Positions 54,126 to 64,000 of a DNA stretch of 64,000 nt are shown piece after piece. The stretch is taken from positions 49,416,001-49,480,000 of the forward strand of contig NW_024704743.1 in NCBI RefSeq assembly GCF_018977255.1, written 5' to 3'. Position numbers and translations under genes: made by a program. The notes below the pieces were generated by a model, which worked only from the letters and a program-made list of their open reading frames with translations, ran no database searches and was not told where the DNA came from. Position 1 is the stretch's first letter, and the number at the start of each line of letters is the position of its first letter. This DNA is from Callorhinchus milii (lineage: Eukaryota).

Positions 54126-54706
54126 TTACACCTATTCTAAATTGGTTTCAATGGAACTGGGGAAGAAGCTCTAAAAAGAACAGATACATGGTCTATGGTG
54201 GGGTGGGCAGGGTTAAAGTACATGAATTCCATCCCAAAATTCCACTTTGAATTCCCAAACTCAATAGTGTTAGTGCACAGGCTTAAAACAGAGAAGACAG
54301 GGAAACAACATTTTCCCTTCACTTTTCATTCCCAACCAACAATAATTTAACTGGCAACACCCTACTGAAATAAAAGCTAGCGACACCCAGACAATCTTAC
54401 TCAGAAACACTTCAGTTCCATTCAGCTCATCTTAAATCAAACAGATATTAATTAGTTTTGGAGTACAATTTAATCTACTTTGCACTGATCAGCCAGAAAC
54501 AAATATTTTAATCAGAGTGGCACAGTTAAGCAGTTAATCCAGCCATGAGGAAAATAAGCCTATCCCCCCTCCCCACCACCAATCCTAAATTAATTGCTTC
54601 CTTTCATCAATGAACAATGATGCTGCTCAAAAACAAAAGGACTATTTAAACCACGAGGGATTCACACCCACAACACAGAACTTTTTAAAAAGTCTGCTAC
54701 ACCCAC

Positions 54707-54763
54707 CTGCTTGTCATTAATTGAATGTTTTTCGATTTCCTTCTTTGCCCGCAGAAGTTTGCC
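54707..54763 (-). CDS. KDSR: KDSR exon 3 (57 nt)
   Basis: ttgttag|GKLLRAKKEIEKHSINDKQ|gtgggt. Confidence 0.95.
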
Positions 54764-55659
54764 CTAACAAGAAGCAGAGAACAAGATTGTAAAAATTTGA
54801 CACATTTTTCTGGTGCTTCTTTTAGACTTTCAGTAAACATCACCGAAGCATCACAAAATCTCTATTATATAACGTACATTATTTGTTCCTTCCCACCCCC
54901 TTTCACCACCCAACATGGAAAGAATTCTCCTTTGTCAGCAGTTTCATGAAACACTGCAATCTGTAATTACTTTGTTCAAGTTAAATAACAACGATGCACA
55001 CTTATTATAAGTAGGTTTGACTGTTCTACACAGTAGTAATCAAACCATTCTCCAGGCATGTCAATAGAAAACATAATCCACCTAAACTAGTCATTTTTAA
55101 TATCCTTATCCTTTTTGAATCCATTCTCTTTCACATGTCTGCGTTGCTACATACTGTACCTACCTCCAGCTAAGAGTGTCAACAGTAACTTGTTTCCATG
55201 AGTCACTAGTACTGCTGGTGTCAAGGAGGGGGAGAAAGGAGAAAGCCAAGAAAAGAGGGGAGGACGTACATGAATAATATTTTAAAAGAAACTAGATCAC
55301 TTGTTCGGTTAGACAATTTCAGTCTTCCAAAATAATAGAGAAGTGAGGATTATACTATTGGCAATGCGTATTTACTAAGAGGAAACAAGTACTGAACATT
55401 TGCAAAACCTGGCATTGCTCTGAATTAGGGCAGAGTTGGCATTGGGTGGAGCACACAAAAAAAATCAGAAAGAGTATTCTTCATCTCAGACAAGAAAAGG
55501 AGGGAGGAGAGTCTGCTCTGTGGGCATCAGCTGACTTGCAACCCGATAACCAATTATAAGAACTCCCACTGGCAGTGGGGAAAGCACTTCTCAGAATAAA
55601 CCACTCTGAGCTGAAGGGAGATAGGGCCACGGGAGAAAAGCTGATATTATTTAACCAGT

Positions 55660-55930
55660 TTGTGGTGATAAAGTTCATACAATAATCATCCCTTATGATT
55701 GCTGTGTAAAATTGGCTGCCGCGTTTCCCCACAAAATATACACTTTACAATATATTCAGTGAAGCGATTTGAGACGTCTCAACGGCGTGATAAAGCGCTA
55801 CATAATATTAAATAATAACCCTTGCATTTGATATTGGGCCTTATCACGTCTTTGAGTCTTCTCAAAACATTTCACAGAATATACTGTGAAGTAAACTGAC
55901 TGTGTATTTTGTGCGCGAAACACGGCAGCC
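55660..55930. mobile_element. Tail-to-tail inverted SINE 3' halves
   Basis: Plus-strand copy ~55660-55800, minus-strand copy ~55803-55930. Confidence 0.8.
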
Positions 55931-55992
55931 AAGAGGATCTTAAATTGGATCTGTTCAGTAATTGGGAGCCAGTGGAGCCTGGGAAGGACTGG

Positions 55993-56306
55993 TAATAATA
56001 ATAATAATCCTTGCATTTGATATAGCGCTTTCCACGTCTTCTCGACGTCTCAAAGCGCTTCACAGAATAGACTGTAAAGTGAATTGACCGTATATTTGTG
56101 GGCGAAACGCGGCAGCCAATTACGCACAGCAGTGTCCCACAAACAGTTGTGGATTGAAAATGACCAATTTATTATTGTTTTGTAGGGATTATTATTAGGT
56201 GTGTGGAGTAAGGAAACTTGCCCAAGGTTTCACTCTGCCTGGAATTGAACCCAGGTGTCTCGCTTGCAAAGCGAGTGCTCTAACCACAGAGCTACAGGAC
56301 TCCACG
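55993..56306 (-). mobile_element. Young tRNA SINE, short form, nested in an L2 fragment (KDSR intron 2)
   Basis: Flanks 55931-55992 and 56307-56375 join into L2 sequence resembling 60781-60882. Confidence 0.92.
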
Positions 56307-56509
56307 TGGTGTGATGGGGATACGGAGTTTTGTGCGGATGAGTATCCGGGCGGTGGAGTTTTGCATTAATTGTCCCAGTGGTGATGGGACAAGAATTACC
56401 TTGTAATTACATGTAGTATTTACCACTTAATAACTTGATGGAATCTCCTGTCTATTTTTCATGTATATCACACACTGACCGGACTGGACAAGTGAAATCT
56501 AACCCTTTC

Positions 56510-56722
56510 TATCGCTTTTCTGGGGGCAATTATCCCTTCAAAAAATAAATAAACTGGTCACTCAATTCACGACTGTTTGTGGGGCACATATGTGTGCAAT
56601 CTGCTGAAGTGGTTCGCCCAGAAAATATACAGTCAATTCACTTTACAGTATACTCTGTGAAGCGCTTTGAGATGTCTCAAAGACGTGATAAGGCGATATA
56701 TCTAACGCCACGATTATTATTA
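56510..56722 (+). mobile_element. SINE 3' half
   Basis: Deu core and tail. Confidence 0.85.
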
Positions 56723-57112
56723 CAATAGCATTGGTGACTTCTGTCCTTGTCCTAGAGTAAACTGAGTTTCAATTATGGTGAGTCAAGAGACTAGAATTTC
56801 AATCAATATGTAACCATTGCACTTTTCTCTATTTCATTCAGTTTTTATTATTTCCAGTTCAAGGCTGGATTGGTTGGTGACCCTGTGGCATCAGACTAGC
56901 TTTGCCAAAACACATGGAAAAAGTCCCTTTTCTGACTACTACCAAAATAAATATTTAATAAAGTAACAAAACAAGTGTTGCACAATCAGATCTTGGAAAT
57001 CAAAGGGACCTAGAGGACCATGTCCTTTGACACTTTTAAAAACTTCAAAATTATTTAAAAGTTCAACCTCATTTAATTCAGAAAACAATAGGGTCAGTTT
57101 GTGGAGTACTGT

Positions 57113-57658
57113 AATAATATTCCTTGCATTTGATATAGCGCTTTTCACGTCTTCTAGATGTCTCAAAGCACTTCACATAATATGCTGTAAAGTGAATTGA
57201 CTGTAGATTTGTGGGTGGAAGCCGGCAGCCAATTGCGCACAGCAATGTCCCATAAACAGTTGTGGATTGAAAATGACCAATTTATTGTTGTTTTATTTTT
57301 TGGAGGGATTATTATTACTGTAGTGAAGTGTTTAGAGCATTCACCTTGCAAATGAGAGGACCTGGGTTCAATTCCTGGGTAGGGCAAAACATTGGGCAAG
57401 GTTCCTTACTCCACATGCCTGATTACCTAGCAATAAGTAGGAAGCCAGTCATTACTCAATTGGCGGATTGCTTTTCCAGGGTAATAATCATATCAAAAAT
57501 AAATAAATAACAATAATTTGGGACACTAGTGTGCACAATTGGCTGGCCCATTTCACTCACAAAATATAGTCATTTCACTTTACAGTACATTCTGTGAAGT
57601 GCTTTGAGACGGCTCAAAGACATGATGAGGCAATATATCGAATGCAAGGAGTATTATT
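57113..57658. mobile_element. Abutting inverted SINE pair: minus 3' half 57113-57318 and plus long copy 57319-57658
   Basis: Both match the family consensus, in opposite orientations. Confidence 0.88.
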
Positions 57659-58241
57659 AAGCACAATAGGTCAATATTTACTGGCAACACTTTTTGGATT
57701 GCAGTTTAAAACAAAGTGTTCGGTTCAGTTTGACCTCTGTTCAAGCTATAAATATTTTTTGTAAGATAACCATAAGATAGTGTGATCACTTTTAAGTGTG
57801 ATCATGAGAGAGTCAATGAGAGAGAAAAGAATAGGGGAATACAGAGAAAACCTGGGGTGGTGGGGGGGGTGAGAAGAAGAAAGGAAGTCGCAATGCCTCT
57901 TTTAAGAAAGTGCTGGACGTGCAAATGCAGCAACTCCAAAATCCTTAATTATAACGTAAATACTAATCAGGGAGACTGTTTGAAACCAAGGATTGTAACT
58001 GAAGAAACCATAGCTACCTTCGTTCATACAATAAAATGTTTAATTTGGGGTTTAAAATACTTCTTAAAAGATGAAGGAAACCTTCTTCTAGGATAGAAAT
58101 ACTGAAGCCTTTTCACCACTTTCTGTCTGACCCTCACAGTATAGTCAGTTTTCAGGACAAGTATGAATATGGACAACATTTCAATAATCATAATATTCTG
58201 TCTCCCCCTCCAAATATGCTAAAAGAATCAGTTTTGTAATT

Positions 58242-58970
58242 CAACAACAACAAAATATTTGTACAGGGCTTTTCGCGTCGAGAGGACGTCCCAAGGCATC
58301 AGTGTTTCGGACCCGAGCAGCGCATCAAGATTGGGGAAGGTGGAGGGCAATTGGGGGAAGCAAGAACATCGAAAGCACAGTCAAAGGGGAGGGACTTGAG
58401 ATGGGTCTTGAAGGAGGCAAGGGAGTGGGCGAGGTGGAGGGACTGCAGGACGGAGTTCCAGAGAGTGGGGCAGAGTGGCAGAAGGCTCACCCGCCAATGG
58501 TGGGGCAGGCGAGGAACGTGAAGCAGTTCGGAGCTCACTGAGCAGAGGGATCGGGCAGGATGGTAGGGGGTTAGGAGGTGGCAGAGGCGGGGGGAGCAAA
58601 GCCATGGAGGTGAGGACCAGGACCTTGAACCTTTAAGCCCATCCATGGCCTTGCTCCCTCCTACCTCTCTGTCCTGCTGACTCCCTAAGAGCCTGCGCTC
58701 CCTCCCTTCATCGGGCTCCGGCCTACTCTATGTATCCTCTGAGTGATGGGAAGCCAGTGAAGTGATGGGAAGCCCTCTGCCTCCTTGTCCTCCTGGACCT
58801 CTCCGCCGCGTTCGACACAGTCGATCACGCCATCCTCCTCCACCAACTTTCCTCCGTCATCCACCTCAGTGGGACCGCACTCGCCTGGTTCAACTATGTG
58901 GAAGTTGACCCCATGTCTGTGGATGATGTAACCAAGAGAGAGTATATAGATATTGAAGATGAGGGGATAT
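58242..58970. mobile_element. Rearranged L2 mosaic (four segments, orientations -,+,+,-)
   Basis: Minus-strand 3' tail 58242-58630; plus-strand piece 58631-58740 matching the reverse complement of ~61320-61425; plus-strand [18 protein letters not shown] 58775-58893; minus-strand piece next to the YADD region 58895-58970. Confidence 0.8.
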
Positions 58971-59095
58971 GAATTCCAGATATGAACCTATTCACTGCTG
59001 GTTATGGCAGATACATTTCATCCCCAACAGTTTTTCTATGGGAAACAATGAAAATATTCAACATTGATAAATTACCAATTCATCCAGTCACATAC

Positions 59096-59185
59096 CTCAT
59101 CCCGAGCCACCAAGGTTATAAAAGCACCATGCTTGAAGCACTCTATGGCAATGCATTTTCCAATACCACTGGATCCTCCAGTCAC
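59096..59185 (-). CDS. KDSR: 3-ketodihydrosphingosine reductase exon 2 (90 nt)
   Basis: ggtag|[30 protein letters not shown]|gtatgt; SDR Rossmann TGxxxGIG motif. Confidence 0.97.
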
Positions 59186-60426
59186 CTACCAGAATAAAAG
59201 CAAATGTTAATACTGTATTTAAATCTTTACCTGTCCAGCGCCTTGGGACGTCCTCCCAATGTAAAAGGTGCTATACAAATGTAATTTGTTGTTGTTTGTT
59301 GTTAAAATATGCAGCATTAAAAAACAAACATTTCTCTTTCAACAATTAAATAGACCATGTAGCAAATCTTTCTGCAATTTACAATAATGAAAACAAATGA
59401 GAATTAGTTAATAATAAAAACACAGAGTTTATCTTATGGTTTGTTTAATAACTTGACACAAAAATACAATCTTAAATACATGTTAACTATTTAATGCTGA
59501 ACAAAACATCTTTAGGTTTATGATTATCATTTAAATTGTGTGCGTAGATCAATCTCTTTCTACTCAATCAATTTCCTTTAAAAGTGTATTTATTAGTCGT
59601 TGTCTACAATTCTTCTAACTTGACAAGAAAACACTCACATACAGAGCAATGATAAAGTTGACGACGAAACTGTGGGTAACTTAAGATGTGTTTTACCTAA
59701 CACAGGCAATAATATTGGTCAAACGCCAATAGAGTATGGTAGCAATAAGGAATTGGCTAACTTCCCAATGCAAGAGTGAACCAATTGGAGTGTCAGAGAC
59801 ACAGACATTTAAGTGAATCAGAAAAGCTGCACCTGGAGACTCTCTGACCAGAATGTAATTTAAACATTGCAGTTAAATTAAGAAAGGGATTCAATGCTAA
59901 GCTGGCTGAAGCTTGTCCGTTTCAACTCTAGAATAGGCTGATTTCTATGTTGGGAACTACATTCTGCAAAAATGTTATGGACACATTTGGCATCTGTGCC
60001 CAAGCATGCAAAACCAACCCAAGATAAGGTACGTGCGTTTTCAGAAAAAACATTTCCAAAGAAGAATATTTTATCCAAGAAGAGGAAGATAGCATGGGAA
60101 AAATATCAAGTGGAATACAAAGGAAGGAAGGAAGGAAGCAAGCAAGAAAGCAAAAGTTTCAGCAGTTAGATTAAGGTACACGTACGATCACATAAGCCTC
60201 TCTTATGAACGAGAACTGCACCTTACTAGGGGTTACACGATGGTATGCCTTTAACCTGAACTCAATACATTACTCAAAAAATGCACGGTCAATACATTTT
60301 ACAGTAAATCCTGTAAAGCATTTTGAGAGGTTTTGGCAGTATAAGGATCTACATCAAGTGTAAAGATACAGCGCCCTATATACCGTTAAATAAATCTAAC
60401 ATTTGATACATTGCCTTTCATATTAG

Positions 60427-60885
60427 AACAACAACTTGCATTTATACAGAGACCTTCACGTGGGGTAGCGTCCTGAAGCGCTTGACAGTGGCAGAGTCTG
60501 ACCCCAAGCCAGCGAGAGAGAGGGGGGGAGGTGACCTTAAGCACAATTACAAAGGTCATTAGGGCGGGATTTGATGGGGAGGGCGCAGGGCAGAGGGATT
60601 GAGGGAGAGTTGCAGAGTTTTGGGGCGTAGTGGCTGAAGGCAACGGTGGTGGACTGGAGGGCACAAGGGACAAACAGGAGCCGGAGCCAGCCCAGCAGAG
60701 GGTAGCGTGGGTGGGGGGGGGGGGGAGCAGGTCAGACAGGGAGGAGGTGCGAGGGCATGAAGGGATTTGAAAACGAGTAGAGGTTCTTGAAGTCAATCTG
60801 TTGTGTAATTGGGAGCCAATGCAGTGCGGCAAAGACTGGTGTGATGGGGGTCTGGAGTTTTGTTCGGGTGAGTATCCGGGCACAT
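60427..60885 (-). mobile_element. L2 LINE 3' fragment
   Basis: LHW-like ORF-end remnant and ...TATAAATGCAAGTTGTTGTT tail on the minus strand. Confidence 0.8.
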
Positions 60886-61020
60886 GAAATGTGACTCTTG
60901 CAACACGACCCACACTGCAGTATCTAAATCTTATGGTTTTTTTTGAGGGGTGGTCAAATTTTAAATTCCAGAATAAAGAAGCAATCTGGCTGCTAGTCTG
61001 TCGTGGACTAATTTTAGGTA

Positions 61021-62860
61021 CAACAACAACAACAAAATGACATTTACAGAGCGCCTTTCACGTCGGGAGGACATCCCAAAGCGCGGAACAATCAGATGTC
61101 GGGACCCGACATCCTGGGGGAGGGGTGGTGTAGGGGTGAGGGAAGGCAGAGAGGTGGGAGGAAGACCAAAGGCACAGTCGAAGAGAAGGGTCTTGAGACC
61201 GGCCTTGAAGGAGGCACAGGGGGGAAGAGAGGCAAAGGGACTGTGGGATGGAGTTCCAGTGTGTGGGGGCAGAGAGGCTGAAAGCCCGGCCACTGATAGT
61301 AGGGCGGGTCGGGCAGGAGACATGGAGCAGGACAGAGCCCGATGAAGAAAGGGAGCGGGCAGGCTCTTAGGGAGTCAGCAGGACAGAGGGGTAGGAGGGG
61401 GCCAGGCCATGGATGGCCTTAAAGGTGAGGACGAGGATCTTGAACTTGATTCCCTGGGGGATGGGGAGCCAGTGGAGTCGGGCGAGGGTGGGAGTGATGG
61501 GGTCACGGAGTCTGGTGCGTGAGAGTACACGAGCTGCAGAGTTTTGGATGATCTGCAGCTTGTGAAGGGAAGGGTTGGGAAGGCACATGAGGAGGGAGTT
61601 CCTGTAATCGAGCCTTGAGGTGACGAATGCGTGGGTGAGGGTTTGGGCAGCCTGAGGGGTGAGGCAGTGGCGGAGTCTGGCAATGTTGCGGAGGTGGTGG
61701 TAGGCAGTGCCGGTCATGGCGCGGATGTGGGGGAGAAAGGACAGTTCAGGGTCAAACAAGACACCCAGGTTCCTGAGTGGCTTAGTGGGGTTGAGTGTGC
61801 AGCCGTGGAGGCTGATGCTGCCAGCGCCTGAGGTGCGGAGGCGCTGGCGCGAGCCAATCAGGAGGGCCTCGGTCTTGCTGATGTTGAGTTGGAGAACGTT
61901 GGCCCTCGTCCAGGACTTGATGTCGGACAGGACCTCAGTAATCCTGGAGTTCAGGGTGGAGGCAGAGAGGTAGAGTTGTGTGTCATCCGCACACATGTGG
62001 AAATTTATCCCATGTATGCGGATGACGTCACCAAGGCGGAGCATGTAGAGGGTGAAGAGGAGGGGACCGAGGACAGAGCCCTGAGGAACACCGCACAAGA
62101 CGGTGCGGGAGCTGGAGGAGAAGCCGTTTGCCGCAACGAAGTGGAGGTGGTGTGAAAGGTAGGACCTGAACCAGTCAAGGACAGAACCTTGAAGGTTGAA
62201 GTGGGAGGAGAGGCAGTGGAGGAGGATTGAGTGGTCCATGGTGTCAAAGGCGGTGGAGAGGTCGAGGAAGACAAGTAGGCAGAGGGAGTCCTGGTCACAC
62301 ATGGTCAGGATGTTGTTTGTGACCTTGGCCAGAGCAGTTTCTGTGCTGTGGGCAGCCCGGAAACCCGATTGGAGGGGTTCATGGAAGGAGTGGGAGGAGA
62401 AAGAGCGAAGCTGGGAGGCAACTGCTCTCACAAGGACCTTGGATAGGAAAGGGAGATTTGAGATGGGCTGGTAGCTGGATAGCTGTGATGGGTCGAGGGA
62501 AGATTTTTTCAAGATGGGGGTAACAGTGCCTGTTTTGAGGGGGGAAGGAACAGTGCCAGATGACATTGAGAGGTTAATGATGTCGGCGAGTAGTGGGGCA
62601 AAGAGGTGGAGCTGGGATTTAAGTAGAGGGGCGGGGATGGGGTTGAGGGAGCAGGTGGTGGACTTCATGGAGGTTACCGTGTTGAAGACAGAGGAGGCGG
62701 TGACAGGTTCAAAGGTGTGGAAGGAGGGATGGGTAGTTGTCGGATGGGTACTTGTGTGGGGTGGGGGTAAGGAGGGGTTGAAATTTGGGAGGGCAGTGGC
62801 AGCTGAGCAATTTTGGACTCGAGGAAGTCCAGCATTTTCTCGCAGTGAGAATCGGAGGAA
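61021..62860 (-). mobile_element. 5'-truncated L2-type LINE with long RT reading frame, inactivated (YADD->CADD)
   Basis: ORF 61367..62908 contains QSGFRAAHSTETAL, LDLSTAFDT, GVPQGSVLGPLLF, HMCADDTQLY, SRLDY, LHWLPI; 3' tail ends in (TTG)n at 61021. Confidence 0.93.
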
Positions 62861-63104
62861 ATCAAATTTAAGCATTTGCTCAGAGTTATACAAACAATTG
62901 CAAAACAATCCCTAAATACTCTATTTCACCCAGACTGCTGCGGTTTTCAAATTCTGGGCAATATCATGCGATTGTTGCAACATATATTTGTTAGCAGTCC
63001 TGTTTTAAACAACCCAGAGGTTTTTAAAAAAAATAGTGGTTGGTTAACTTGTAATCCAAACCACTGATACCCTCAGCTTCCCCGGCAGGACCTTGTGTAA
63101 CAAC

Positions 63105-64000
63105 AGTCACACACTCACTATCTGCCTCAGTCACTCACTATCTGCCTCAGTCACTCACTCACTGTCAGTCTCACTCACTCAATGTCTGCCTGTCTCACTC
63201 ACTGTTACTCGCTGCCTGTCCGCCACTCGCTGCCTCACTCACTGCCTGCCTCACTCACTCGCTGCCTCAGTCACTCGCTGCCTGCCTCAGTCACTCACTG
63301 CCTCAGTCACTCGCTGCCTGGCTCAGTCACTCGCTGCCTGGCTCAGTCACTCGCTGCCTGGCTCAGTCACTCGCTGCCTGGCTCAGTCACTCGTTGCCTG
63401 GCTCAGTCACTCGCTGGCTGGCTCAGTCACTCGCTGCCTCAGTCACTCGCTGCCTCAGTCACTCGCTGCCTCAGTCACTGCTTGTCAATCACTCACTGCC
63501 TCAGTCACTCAATGCCTCAGTCACTCACTGCCTCAGTCACTCACTGCCTCAGTCACTCACTGCCTCAGTCACTGCTTGTCAATCACTCACTGCCTCAGTC
63601 ACTCACTGCCTCAGTCACTGCTTGTCAGTCACTCACTGCCTCAGTCACTCACTGCCTCAGTCACTCACTGCCTCAGTCACTCACTGCCTCAGTCACTGCT
63701 TGTCAATCACTCACTGCCTCAGTCACTCACTGCCTGTCAGTCACTCACTGCCTCAGTTACTCACTGCCTGTCAGTCACTCACTGCCTCAGTCACTGCCTG
63801 TCAGTCAGTCACTGCCTCAGTCACTCACTGCCTCAATCACTCACTGCCTCAGTCACTCACTGCCTCAGTCACTCACTGCCTCAGTTACTCACTGCCTGTC
63901 AGTCACTCACTGCCTGTAAGTCACTCAATGCCTGTAAGTCAGTCACTGCCTGTCAGTCAGTCACTGCCTCAGTCACTGCCTGTCAGTCACTCACTGCCTG
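63105..64000. repeat. Minisatellite of 16/20-bp units (CACTCACTGCCTCAGT) in KDSR intron 1, runs off window end
   Basis: Directly visible tandem array. Confidence 0.96.

Noticed and set aside
61367..62908. 513-aa RT ORF as an active or domesticated gene
   Set aside because: 5'-truncated, no endonuclease domain, catalytic-motif YADD changed to CADD, non-homologous N-terminus; an ordinary dead L2 copy
63321..63430. Six RTGACnnnGC (antioxidant response element) matches on the minus strand
   Set aside because: Short degenerate motif multiplied by tandem duplication; no independent support
63182..63919. 245-aa ORF (SVTHCLSHSLPQ repeats)
   Set aside because: Translation of the minisatellite

Overview
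Vertebrate genomic DNA, most likely from a cartilaginous fish (inferred from the Deu-domain tRNA SINEs, L2/CR1 LINE tails and Penelope-type repeat). It covers the conserved KDSR-BCL2 gene pair, both on the minus strand. KDSR coding exons 2-10 (59185->45231) can be read with canonical AG/GT boundaries and the same exon sizes as human KDSR; exon 1 was not found and probably lies beyond 64000. The main BCL2 coding exon is 29828->29349 (BH4-loop-BH3-BH1-start of BH2). Positions 1-29348 are its large intron, and the last (transmembrane) exon was not found in the window. The rest is mostly repeats: two generations of SINEs, L2 and CR1 fragments, MITE-like elements, minisatellites, and a ~2.2 kb C/G-skewed tract upstream of BCL2 containing a 25-N gap. 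I found no new multi-gene system. The best candidates for follow-up are: a TSD-flanked 244-bp palindrome carrying two degenerate minimal hammerhead-ribozyme motifs in KDSR intron 3; inverted young SINE pairs bracketing in-frame KDSR exon blocks; tandem arrays built from splice-donor-like units; and unusual BCL2 residues plus a short uORF. Family names and human residue comparisons are from memory, not from searches; repeat boundaries are approximate.
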